Below are positions 1 to 12,700 of a stretch of DNA of 64,000 bases, in pieces. How positions within the stretch are numbered: position 1 is the first letter of the stretch; each line of letters begins with the position of its first letter. The position numbers were made by a program, and so were the translations under genes. Under the pieces are notes generated by a model. That model did no database searches. It was not told the DNA's origin and saw only the letters and a program-made list of their open reading frames with translations. Location of the stretch: the NCBI GenBank assembly GCA_030704615.1, contig CM060733.1, positions 41,540,001-41,604,000 of the forward strand. The letters run 5' to 3'. The stretch is from Takakia lepidozioides. Its lineage: Eukaryota; Plantae; Bryophyta.

Positions 1-313
1 TAGCACATTATGAAAACATAACGTGTTTGAATAACTTGCAGGCCAATGAGAGGGCGGCAGACGCAATCCCTTACGTTATGGATGGGCCACAACATGCCAT
101 TATGGCGGTTTTGGCGGCAGCTCGCCACCACCGTACCCGCACAATGTCAGGTTGCGGCCCATTCCATAGTACAAAATATTTGTATTACGTTCAACATTTC
201 AATCTCGAAACAAACGTCTGAGTTGGCAACTTGGGATTGGGTGATTCAGAAGTGACAGGGCTCGCTTGTTTGTGAGGGAGGCACGAGAGTGTGTCGACGG
301 GAGAGTTTTGGAG

Positions 314-2370
314 ATGGCCGCTGCTGCCTCACTCGCTGTCACCCCCTTGCCATGTCTCATCAACACCCATCAAGGGTCCTCGCGGTCCATCACACCTCGC
401 GCCTTTTACCATAAGGAATTGCAAATCCCTGATTTTTCTGCAAATAAGTTCTCTCTCCTTGGAAACTTATCCAGCAGATCATTCCACATCGGGGTGAAGC
501 AGACAGACGAAGGCACATGGAAGAGATGCATTTCTGAGCTTGAGAAAGACGATTCTTATTCTCACAAGAGGAGATCGAATATAGTAAGGGCTAGTAGGAA
601 TAGAGAAGACAGCAACACAGATGATGATGGGGTGATTAGGGATATGGAGCGTTACCTGAATGACTTGTCGATTGAGTATGACAGTGTCTGGGACACCAAG
701 CCAGCATGGTACGTGGGTGTGTGGTCATCCTTACTAATCATTCAGGACAAATGTAGTAGTAAAGGGATTCATCGGTAGGGGTCAGGGTTTTGATGGCAAT
801 CACAAAGTGTGCTCTCAGGAACAAAACAGAGGGAAAGAAAGAAAGTTTTCAGCGTCCAAGGCCCCGATTGTAAGCCAAGCGGGAGAGAGGACACCTTTTC
901 AAGTGGGAAGTCAGGTGGAAAAAAAATGGTAGCAGCCCGCCCCTCACCATTAGGTACACCAATTGGGAAACAACCAGTATATAGCGAAAGATATGTACAG
1001 ATCGGGTAGAGTAATCTTGGTGGCTTTTTGCAGCCTAGGCTTCGGGTTGCCAATCTCCATCATGGTAGTGTAGCTGGTGTGATTTTTGAAAGGTTTGTTA
1101 AATACAGTAGTCTCTGTACTAAAAGAGTTTGTATGTCTTTGTTTCCTAAGCATTATACTTGCTTGGGTGTTCTGTCTGTCTACTTTTCTCTGTCTCTCCA
1201 TTGCAAATGGAGGAATCCCCTAGTGAATCGTGCCTGGAGATCCAAGGAGCTGGGACAAGTACCCGCACTCCTATGGGCACCCATTCTAAACCTATGTCCC
1301 GATGCTGTGTCAGTCGGAAGGTCAATATGAGCGGACAGAAAAGTGGAGACTTCTGGGCCTGTAGATTGACCTAGATACAGCTCTTTGATTACACTTCTTT
1401 GGCTAATGAGTTTGATACCCCAAGGATCGAAAGCAGTGTTGTGGCTGTTGGTTGCTGGCAGGTGCCAGCCGTGGACAATTATCTTGACAGGAGTGATAGG
1501 GGTCAGTGCATCCTGGTTGCTGTTTCACTGGGTGGTGCTCACTGTGGTTTTGTCACTGCTGGTGGCTGCATGGTGGTTCATTTTTCTCTACTCTTACCCA
1601 ATGGTGAGTTGGCTTGGGCCTAGTATTTGAGGAAAGATACAAAATGCATTCGGCATGTCAGTAAGAGGTGAAGTTCTAACACAAGGACTTTCCTGGATTT
1701 AAGAGTCTGTGTGACCTGAGGGCAGACTAGAAAATCCAGGAAAGTTCTAGGGTAAGAAGCACTGGTTTCAAAGTACCCCCTGCCCCTGCCCAAATTATGA
1801 GAATGTCCGGGGCTTAGGGCTGTAATCCAGAACTGCCCGGGACAGAACAAGTAGTCCTGTGACAGGAAAAATGTGCTCGGGGATGTCCCTATATTAAGAA
1901 GAGAATTTTCGAACAGTGCTTGACAATGCCTTAGCATCGCAGTAGCATTTCCTGGTGTGTAGTTTGCTCTCAATCGCAGTTTCCTCCAGCTTGTGAACAG
2001 CATGTGAAAGTGGGTAGTTGTGTAGATCATTAGGTCTCCAAATGTTGGTCTTACGTATTCAAAGACGAACCAAACGAGGCAGTTGTGACAGGGAAATCCA
2101 ATCATGTACCATGGCTCACTGTGGCAAGCATGGCTCAGGTACCTGGCCCATGATTGAACAAATGCATAATCTAGCATGAAGATGGTTTGTACAGGGAGCC
2201 TTGGTCTCATTCGAAAACTTACATACCCCATCAACTGGTCAGGTCATCTGTGATCCCGTTGTACATTGCATGGTGTGGTGCAGAGTTATACCGAGATGAT
2301 TGCACAACGGCGAAAGGATCAAAGGGACGGGGTGGAAGACACCTTTGGAACCAAACAGAGCAACAATTGA
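314..2370 (+). CDS. DUF6737-like small membrane protein with probable plastid transit peptide; exons 314-708, 1462-1603, 2284-2370
   Basis: GT-AG introns join in frame to give ...IEYDSVWDTKPAW/CQPWTIILTG...WWFIFLYSYPM/SYTEMIAQRRKDQRDGVEDTFG...stop. The SVWxxKPxWCQPW(T/S)I motif and hydrophobic helices match the plant/cyanobacterial DUF6737 family. The N-terminus is Ser/Ala-rich. Confidence 0.85.
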
Positions 2371-4529
2371 TGTCGTTTGTGTTACCTTATACGAATTTTA
2401 CACATCATGTTGCTTCCATGTTTGTTAATGAATTTTACCCACTATTGCGAAAAGGGTTCCGACCTGAACAATGGAAACAGCTTGAGTGTAAGAGAAGGTC
2501 GGATCTATCTGTTCTTAGATCAACCACCTGGGTCAAGTGATTACTGCCAGTGGCTCTTGAAGTGGACCTCAATGGATCCAAAATTTCATCCTCTGAGTGA
2601 GACAGTTGGCCTTCTGCCAGTCGCAACGCAGGGAACAGTACAACCTGGCAAATTTTCATGGAAACCTTGGTGCAGCTTTGAAACCAAAACTTCCACTATC
2701 ATCAGGAACGTTTGTCTAGTTCATCAATGCCAGAGCTATCAAGCATATTAATTAAGTTGTTCAGAATTACCTCTTAACTCCACTGTACTATCTAATTCCT
2801 ACACAGGAGAAAACTAAAAGTACATGCTTCAAGGTTCCAGTATGATCAGGTCATTCAGGTGATCTTCGTTGATGCATTTGAACACAGAAAGTGTCATTTG
2901 GATGTAGCCCTCCAACACCGCAGTAATGCAATAAAAGAGCACTGGCAAGATTTATCATAGCTAATGGTCTTGTACCTTATTCATCTTTATGCAGGTAATC
3001 CAGAGTATATCCCAAGTGAAGTCCAGAAACAAGCTAGTGAGCATAAACTGGTCAAAACTCTGCATTCAAAAAGATTTTATATTTGAAATTCAGTTTTTCC
3101 ATCTCGAAAGTACACCGGATCGCTGGGCGAGTACCGACACTGACTGGTACTACACAACCCTAAAGTAATCTTCCGAACAGTCTCACCCTCACAAATCATG
3201 GCAAGCAATGAGTTAGCTGTGAGTGTGATCCCACCTGCATGATAACATTTCTCCAGATCTTATTGAGAAAATTAGTCAATAGGGCTGCATTATATACATG
3301 CATGTGCCTATGAGATAGGCAGAGATCTGCTAGAGTGCACTTCATTGACAGACCCTCATGCGGGAACAGCCAAAGATTGCATCCAACTGTGTCTGACATG
3401 CTGGAATACAAAAGGGACATCACAGGCACCGTCACTTACGACCTGTTGTCTTAGACGAGGCTGGAGCCCGTGGGGTCGTATAGTAGGCGTATAATAGCGT
3501 CCCAGGTTGCACCACATACTCTCCAAGCAGCGCAAGCCTGGAAATAAACGTAGCACCCATCGCTCCTCGCGTGCAACCTTCACCTCCTTGCTTGCTCTCC
3601 AGATCAACGCTACCCGCCCTGCTTGGCTTGTAGGTTGCAATCCAGCAACCTTCACCTCCTTGCTTGCTCTCCACCGGCCCTGCGAGGCTTGGCCAGCAAC
3701 ACCTGCAACCATCCATGGATGGATGCACTACGGATGATCCTGTCCTGACTGAGTGGATGGATGATTATGGCAAGGAGGGGGAGAGGAGGCGATGCGGGCG
3801 GGGTGGGTGGTGTGTGCGCGCGCTGGGGCGATGGCGGTCGCTGTGGCCACTCCCATCTCCGAAGGCCTGTCTGCGATTCTTGGGCTTCAAACCGATCCAT
3901 CCATTTCTGGAAAACTTGTAGCTTTTGTTTCTGGCTTCACCTGGTACGCTGCTCTGAATTCAACTAGTTTGTACTTCGATGCCGACATTTTGGCTGTTTC
4001 TTGCTACTCCCCTCAATCTTGCTATCATCAATATAAACGAAGGGGGAGAAAATTTATGTGGCTTTCTCAATCATTCGTGAGAATCAGTCTCCTGGCAGCA
4101 CTTTTAGAATTCTGAGCATTGGAAATGGTCATGAAGCGCAGTGTAGTAGAAAGAGATCTGGTCCGAGAAACAACGCCCGTTTCCCAGGACCTTCGGAGCT
4201 TGGTGTGTTGAAGCTTCTGGCGTTGTTGGTGGATGACGGGCGAGCACTTAATTCTAAACCCACGCTAGTTACATTGTTTGGCTGTAAGGGAACGATACGT
4301 GAGCCCTTCAAGTAGCAGGCTGGCTGTGTCTGTAATCATGCGCTGGGTTAGTGGAGTTTTAGACTTTGGTGGTAGTCATCCCCGAAAAGGGGGAGTACAG
4401 ATTAAACAAAAAAATTGAAGATAGAAGAGTGTCAGAGCTGGCAGGGGCAAGCTGTTTGAATCCTTCTGTAAACAGTGAAGGCATGTTCTCTTTTTTTCGT
4501 CTTATATTGGTGTGGGAATGTTGTGGCAG

Positions 4530-7500
4530 CAAAGTGCAGGTGGAATATCCGTCTGAGGAATTAGCTAGGGTTGTCATGACAGCCCTCTCTGTGGATACTG
4601 AGGTAAATTACTTTTATGGCCATTGATTATGGGCCTCTGTCATCAATTTGAAGATCTTTTGTTCTTTTGTCCTGTAGGAAATGATGCCCTGAAATCTTCG
4701 TGCACTTCTACCGTGGAGAAGGAAAGAGAAGAGAGAGAAAAGTGTACTAGACCGATTAGTTCCATCAAATCTTGACTACCACATCTTTTTATGTGTGTGT
4801 GAGTGTCTTATTTTGTGGCCATAGACCCCGCACCCACTTTGGACGGAAACATAGGCAATAGGTACTACCTTTGAATGGCTTCCAGTAGTCTGACTTACCT
4901 TGATATAAACAATTAGTTCGGGCTTTCCAGATACCCTCTAGAAAGCCCTTCACACAAGCATCAATCTGCTGTGTGTGAGCAGCTTAACAATTAGACCTCA
5001 ACTGGGCCAGGGCTTTAGGCTCTGAGAGAGAGATAGGGCTTGCCTTGTCTTGACAAGAAAGGATCTATCTATTCCAGAACTATTCCATTCTAACCACAAA
5101 TTCATAGACACCAACAGCCTTCGAAGAAGGCAACCATCACATGTCCTCTTGATCCAAACTCAGCATTGACTCCATATCCATAGAGGTGATCAGTGTGGGT
5201 GGGTGGGTGTACTTGTATGTGATCAAACATCCATCTTCAACATGCCACAGGGGTAGGCAGCTGCTTCATGGTTTGTCATGATTGCTATACTGCACCATGA
5301 CAGAGAGCTCGAGATAGCTCTGTGTAATGCAGATTGCTGCTATATCAACCAGCATTGTATTGTACTTTTGTTTTCAAACCACACCTATCAAGTCACTTAC
5401 CATGCATATGTTTTGCAGGAAACGTGACCAAAGAGATCCGAGCTTGGACAGCGTAGGTTCTGGAAATGAGCTCATGATAAGATAACATACCTCATAGTGA
5501 TATATAGCGACTATGCACTGTATTACTAACCTAGCAGATAGGATGAATCTCAGAGTACAGGTTAGATTCAACCCGCTGTTATTCTTTCCTGACGTCCTCT
5601 CATAGGTAGTGGCACCTTAACATTGCTAGTAAGCAGTGTTCTCATACCTGCAAGACAACTCCATATCCACCTTTCGGATTTCAGACAAGCACCCAAAAAT
5701 CCATAGAGGAAGAGAGGCCCTCACCTTCACCCGTTCCAAAAAACATTTCAAGCATAGGATGTGGGTTAGAGAGGATGTGTGAGGTAATGGCAGGCCCTCT
5801 TGCAGCCTATAGCTTTCCAAAATGAACCAGCAAGTATAATGTCCAATAGCAGAGCATAAGCCCCACTTGGGTTGAAGCATGCAAGGGAGTCATAGGATTG
5901 GATCACTTAGCCACCACCACCTGAAGCATTCCTGTAGGAAGGGGTTGCGACATCTTCAGCAAAGCTGGATAGAGCCAAGAAGAATTTCTAGAGGCCCCCT
6001 CTTGGTCAGAACAGAGTGACAGAATTACTGCTTATTTCATACTTCATTAGCAGCTCATAGAACATTACCACTGATTCTATTTCTAAAGGTAGGTGGCTAA
6101 TTTGTAGGAAAGTCTACCTACCGCTGATACTGATTTTAGAGTCAGTGGCTGGCAGTAAGGAGTGCCTCTGACTCAACTTAATCAAAAGTCGAGTGGTTGG
6201 TACTAACTTTACTCCAAAATTTGTGTAGGTGGTTGGTGACTATGAGAAAAACCTGGAGCCTCTCATTTTCAGGTTTCCTACTTCTGACACAGGGCATTGG
6301 CTACAGTAGACCAGCCAAAAGAGCAATGTACATCGACCAGATCATGTAGAAGGTGTACACACGTACTCCAGTATGCTGCTGCTGCAGGGCCTAGCACAAG
6401 ATATCAGGGACTATTTTGCCATCAAATGTCATGTTGGTTCATTAGAAACCTGCATGGACGTACTTTCTCCTATCTCTCTTCACAGGCTATGTATGTAGTA
6501 GCAGATAGTGGAAGGCACAAAGCCCTAATTCCACTTTGCCGTAAGAAAGGATAGTCTATAAAATTTCTGCTAAGAGAAATATAAGAAACAGATATGTGCT
6601 GCATTCAATCGAGTTGGGCAGAACAAAAGGGAACAGACTACCTTCGGGAGGGGTTCACTCCGGTAGTGGAGCTTACCTTGGTCTAGACAATTAGTTCGGG
6701 CTTTCCAGATATCCTCTAGAAAGCCCCTTCAGACAGGCATTAACCCGCTGTGCGTGAACTGCCCAGCAATTAGACCCCAATGGCGCCAGGGCTTCAGGCT
6801 CAGCCTCCAGATTTTCGAAGTTGGTGAACAGAGGAGCAGGAACAATGTTGTTGATGTTCCTGAAGAGGGTTACTCTCTGGTGAGAATATCCCGGGCAATG
6901 TATCAGAAAATGAGCATTGTCTTCAGGCTGCCCGCACATTGCAAATACAATCTCCTTTTCCTCTCTGCATCTTTTTATTGTTCAGGCTTACCCTCAGCTT
7001 AAATTTCAGTCTATGCTGAGGGTAGGTAGACTCTTCAGATTAGAGAGAGACAGAACGATGGCTAGCTAGGGTCTTCTGACCTAGTTAGCAAAAGGGGAAA
7101 GATAGAATGGGGGTAGGTTAAAAGCACTGACTTATCGTGCATGGTGTGACATGTGGATTGCAGTTGCAGCCAGACAAGGTAGTGAGGGAGATGAGCGTGG
7201 AGGGTCAACAGCTCTGGATGTAAGTGGTTTAATACTTGTATCCTCTAAACTAGCAGGTGGTTTTGGATTAAAGTGGCAGTTGTAATCTTTTGCATGCAAG
7301 CTCAGTGAGCTTCTACAATCTGAGGCCTTGAGGGAAAAGCTTGCATTGCTCATCTCAGTTTATCTGTAGTGACGAGCCAGTAACATTTTCGTGAAGTCAA
7401 CCTAGTCAATTGATCCAGCCAGGATTAGGTGGAAATTCATACTTTATCCTGTTTCCATAAATCATGGGGACCTCATGCCAAGGAAATATTGTATGGAAAG

Positions 7501-7661
7501 GGGCAAGAATGGATGGTGAATAATCTGGTGCTCTGTGTGACAGAACATTTACGGCGGTGGAGGCCAGGTTCTTGAGAGGATCATTGAGTGCTTTTATGGA
7601 TGTGCTGGTTCTGGCCACACGGACAGTAGAGGAATTTGGGCTTTGTAAAACACCTTCATAA
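4530..7661 (+). CDS. PCC1: EKC/KEOPS complex subunit Pcc1/LAGE3-like; exons ~4530-4602, 7164-7219, 7544-7661; first exon and start codon not resolved
   Basis: Spliced translation KVQVEYPSEELARVVMTALSVDTE/LQPDKVVREMSVEGQQLWI/TFTAVEARFLRGSLSAFMDVLVLATRTVEEFG matches plant Pcc1 (ALxVDxELQPDKV, EARFLRAS motifs). Splice sites are canonical. Confidence 0.85.
6672..6960 (-). mobile_element. Non-LTR retrotransposon 3' remnant (C-terminal CCHC zinc finger) in the Pcc1 intron; a shorter diverged copy lies at ~4894-5022
   Basis: Translation CGQPEDNAHFLIHCPGYSHQR fits the LINE C-terminal C-x2-C...E...H...C motif. About 130 bp (6672-6801) is repeated at 4894-5022. Confidence 0.6.
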
Positions 7662-8911
7662 AATACCCATCCATGTACCACAGGTTGTTTGATATTTGAC
7701 ATTGTTTCCTCGCAGCATAGGACATGGGGATGTTCAAAAGGATGGCACAGTCTTTACTACTGGTTCCCTCGTACAGTATGCAACTGTGTTGCCAAAGATA
7801 AGATAAAGTTTTTTTTAATGTCCAGTGAATTTACAGAGCCTACTGCTCAACACATAGGTCATCGAGGGCCCAATGGACGGTCTGAAGGTGCATGGTGAAG
7901 GATTGAACCCAGGATCACCTAGGTTATGAACAGGCAAGGTACAAACACCCAACCAGTAGACATATGCTGAAGTGCTATTCTCATAACTAGGGCTTCGGGT
8001 TGCTCCGCACTACCAGCGACGACTTCTGAGAACATCAGATAGATGGCAAGTTTTATGAAATGATGAACATGTATTGGCTCTCTCGAATAGAGAGATTACG
8101 CAGCATGTTAAAGTGAAGGGAGAAAATGTGGTCAAAGAAAACAAGAGGGTCCATTGCAATTTGAGGCTTGTTTCATTTGATTTTAATTTGACCAGTGTAA
8201 TGACTTTGGCTCACTTTGATACAACAAGTAGATTTGGATTTTTTATTTTATTTTATTTATTTTAAATGAAACCTCGGAGCAACAGCCCACAATTCAGGCC
8301 CTTGAGGAGGGGGAAGAATGATATCTTTTGTTTATGTGATATCTTTTTCATCTTTATTTTCAATTGGTTTTGATTTGAAATCATTTGAATTTTGATTTAA
8401 TGTCACATTTTCATGAAAAAGCTTGGTTGCTTTTTTTTTAATGCATATTTGTTGCAGCCTTCATCATTTATTTTGTCTCTATTTAAAGCGTAATTTTTTC
8501 CCTTCAACTTAACAAAGTTCACAAGGGCTACCTCCCCTTTATGTGAAAAAAAGGAAAAAAGAAAACATATTTTATCGGTCTCTCCGCATTAACCCTTAAC
8601 TAACCCTTGCTTGTAGGTAGCTTCTAATTTTGTAGATAACCTATCTACCACATACATCCACACACCTAATCTTGGAGAATTTCACCATAGAGTTGCGAAG
8701 ATTATAATGTTTTAGTATGAGAGATTTGTTTTTCAAGTTTTTGAAAAAAAAAAATTGGGTTTGACCAGAGAAATTGACTGACAGGTTGATTTTTGCTGCC
8801 TATGAAAGTGACATATCCACATTTCTAAAACTTGTTAGAGGGGTCTCCAGAAATTTTGAAGGCAAAACTCCCAAATTTTGTAAATGCCCCTTGTATCTGA
8901 AGTGGGGGAGA

Positions 8912-9182
8912 TTTATTATTATTATTATTATTATTATTTATTTTATTTTATTTTATTTTTAAAAAAAAGGAAACACCTAGACGGCTCACTAATCAGGCCC
9001 CTTAATAGTGAGAGGAGAAAATAACCTCTTTCACAGTAACCGCGCCATGGAAACATTGAAATAGGACATCGGCCAGGGAAGGGGGAGAAGAGTATACTTA
9101 CCACACACATCAAGTAGCAGTATCTGACCCCAGATTCATCTTGGTGGCACTCAGTGCACTAACCAATTGAGTTACTGACTCG
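8912..9182 (-). mobile_element. tRNA-derived SINE copy
   Basis: The minus strand starts with an A-box-like sequence (gtaactcaattgg) and ends in an A-rich (AAAAT/AAT)n tail. It is colinear with 56515-56773. A 3' fragment lies at ~8238-8330. Confidence 0.65.
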
Positions 9183-9799
9183 GTGAGAGTTCAAAACCCA
9201 TGAATATCCTTGAACTTTTTTCTTAATTGGCCCTGCCTTCCTAAGGCAGGACTACGCAATGGGTTTCAGCTGCTTTAGCACCAATACTTTTGATTAGACT
9301 TCCAATTCGATCGAGACAGTTGTCAGGAGAATATTCTATCTTTTAATCAATGACATCCGTTCAACTTCTTGTGCATGCCATAAATGAAAGTCCATTGGAT
9401 ATTACCGTGCGTGCCACCTGGGTGAGTCAGGGCTCAAATCCTGGTACCTTGATATTTAGACTAATTATGTGATCTTCCAGATTTTTACTACCTATTCACA
9501 ATTACTATACGGCAGGGCTTGCATGAATTCCATGCAGATTGTAGCCCTGATTAACTTTATTATTTATTGCATTGGGACAAAGCCTTTACAAATTATTTGG
9601 GGATTATTCTGGGGAAAAAAATTAAACCCCCCCTTAAGTCACCATAAGGCACACACACGGTAATCAGTGTTAAAAGATCTTTCATCCTATAAAGGCGGAT
9701 TACCTGCGACTCATGCTAGGGACCAAGTCCCGAGAACACCACTTGAATACTACAAGCCTGTTTGGAACCTATTGGTCCATTGAAGACCAACCAAGAGGT

Positions 9800-12700
9800 T
9801 AGGGAGATGAAGAGGAACTGAAGTTAAGTCCTTTGACTTTTGAACATTGGCTGAAATCTATTTATAATTAAGCCTAGAGGCGCTCGTGGATGGCTTGACA
9901 TGTTTCCATTTCACTTCGCGCTCGAACTCAGGGGACAGTGTGCAAGGGGTTGCGATGGTCTCGTCACGCTGCTCCTGCGAGGGGCTGTAGCAGATGACAC
10001 CCTGGCGGCCCTAGGACTTTTGAAATGATTCATGGATCGCAGATGCATTCCTCCCGTCTCTGGCGATATCTGCACACGTTTTTGCCCATGCCTTTCTGGC
10101 TTCAGTCTGCAGGTCATAGAAAATGTTGGAGAGCAGAGAGGAGATGTGGTGGACTGGCCTGAGAATGTGTTTTTGCATCGTATTTTCCACAAGTGCCAGA
10201 GTGTAGAGCTTCTAAGGGTTTCATATATCGGGCAGGTAATGGCTCTAGACTTTGAAGATGGTTCATAATTGAGCAACAGGTTGATAGCCGAGAGGTTTCT
10301 TGGATTCCAATAGAGGTAGAAGGCTTTGATGGCCAAATCGCAGCAGGTCGCTGTACAGAAGAGCCAGTGCTCTAAGGTTTCCAAGGTTCCAAGTGAGCAG
10401 CAGGCACATAAGAGGGCATCCTGAAATTGGAGCCATTCTCCAACTTTGAGTACCCTGTTGACTACCTGCCATAGAAACGCCGATATTTTGGCTGGGCGCG
10501 TTTTAATCCAGACTGAGCCCCAAATGGCCGACCAGTTCTCATCTTGAAATCCATGAAGCCCCCACTTTGATTCCCATTTCATTTTCATAGGTGGAGTATG
10601 TGGTGAGCAGTATAGCCTTTCTTAGTGGTATAAGCGAAGATGAAAGGAGAAGACAGAGAGCTGGTTTGGTGATATGTCAGTGACAAAGAGGATGGCTAAC
10701 TGGCCATTGAGAATGGCTAGAGCCCACGAGTTTGGAGATGGAAGAGGAGGGCCATTGGCCAAGGTTGTTAACCAGGGTATTGGGATACTTTGTAGCAGGG
10801 TGTGGTAGCCTTTTGTTGCTCTTGGCTTCCCCACTGAAAGAGCAACAGATTCCAGGGTTTTTACAGAGTTGTTGTTCCACATGTCATTTATCCTACATAT
10901 ACCCTGGCTGTCCCACACTGATCATCTCTTTGCTTGGTTTTCTGGGATGGGGCAGGATTGTTGGTGTTCAAGAAGAGATGTTGTCTTAGGGTTTCAGAAT
11001 AGGTGCTTGGCTCGGATCTAGACAAGAATCTCCGCATTCTGCCCACGCCGACCAGATATTGGACCATAGGGAGGAACCCACTTTTTTGAGATTGAAGCCA
11101 TGAGCTATCCACCTCAGTGAAGCCTGCCAAGATGAGTTCTTAAGGGGAGATGACATGGAAATATGATCGTGAATAAGAAATTTCCACCACCCCCCTTCAG
11201 GGCCTAAGAATCTAGGTATCCATTTGGCAAGAAGGGCAGTTATCTGTGTTTCAGGGTCCAGAAGGCCAAGCCCTCCTTTCTTCTTTGGCATACAGATTTA
11301 TTTCCAGGAGACTTGTGGCCTTTTGGATTGGGTTGAACTTTCTGCCCCCCATATGAAGTTCCTCGTGAGACGGTTTATCTCTTTGATCTGTTTGGTGTTT
11401 GGTCTCCAAGAAGAAAAGAAATACCAAATCCCTGCTGACATGATTTGGTTGGCTGCAAGGACACGGCCTATGATAGATAAGTGTTTGGAACCCCAAAAGG
11501 CCAGATTTCTTTTGTACTTGGTTAGAGTTGGGGCAAATTTCTGATTGTCCGAGAGGTCCATCCCGAAGGTATATCCCAATAAGGTAGTGGTTTCCCCTGG
11601 TTTCAACCATTTCAGGCCCTGTTCCACCCCCCATGAGGGTTGAGATCCGAGCATGGAAGCTGAGAGGTCCCCCACAAGGAGGGCTGCAGTCTTATTCCAG
11701 TTAACTTTGAACCCTGATGCCCCACAAAATGTATCCAAAGTTTGTCCTGCAGCAGTAAGGTTGTTTGGTGTGGCCTGCAACATCAGAAAAGTGTCATCTA
11801 CGAGGTAAGTATATTGTCTGGTTATGTAGCTGGTAATCCTAAGGCCTTGGATGACAGGGTTTTGCTACAGCATATACCCTAAGGAGTCTGCCATAACCAG
11901 AAACAGAAATGGAGACAATGGACATCCTTGGCGGACTGACCTCTGAAGAGGAAACGCAGAAGATAAATGGCCGTTGATGATCACTCTGCTAGAGGAGGTG
12001 GTGAGAAGAATTGTAACCCATCGACAGAAAGAGGCTGGAAAGCCAATCTTAGCCAGCGCAACCAGGAGGTAAAGCCCAATCCACTCGGTCAAAAGCATTT
12101 TCGAAATCCAAAAGAATCATTGCAATGGCTTGATTAGTTTTGGCTGCATATTCAGGGAGCTCCTGTGCTAGCAAAAGATTGTCCAGGATGTATCTACCTT
12201 TTATAAACCCAGTTTGATTTGGTCTAATACTCGATGGCAAAATTGGCTGTAGTCTCATGGCTAGAGCTTTGGCTATGATTTTATATGCGACATTTAGCAG
12301 AGTGATCGGCCGGTAATTAGCTACATTAGTTCTATCTTCCTTTTTGTATAGCAGGATGATGACACCTTGGGAGAGAGAGGGGGGCATAGATCCCTGCTCA
12401 TACAAATGATTTGCCATGGAGACAAAGTCATAAGATATTTCTGGCCAGAGGGCTTTAAAGAACTCAACCGAAGTACCATCTATGCCAGGCGATTTGTTAT
12501 TTTGAAGCTTGTTCAAAGCATCTTGCAACTCCATATCAGTGAACTCCCCCTCTAGAGAAGAAATGTTCTGGGCAGTAAGGACTGCAGGTGTATGTTCTAG
12601 ACACGAGAGCTGGGAAGGGGATGGTTGCAGGCCAGCGCGGTCACTATGAAAGAGCTGCTAGAAATGGCCACAGGCCAACTCTGCCATGGCCTTTGGAGAA

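Noticed and set aside
1620-2234. 204-aa minus-strand ORF
   Set aside because: It lies antisense within intron 2 of the DUF6737-like gene and has no recognisable motif.
3196-3967. Short overlapping ORFs with a repeated WRASKEVKVA peptide
   Set aside because: They come from a ~28-bp direct repeat in GC-rich sequence upstream of Pcc1. No protein family or splice structure is supported.
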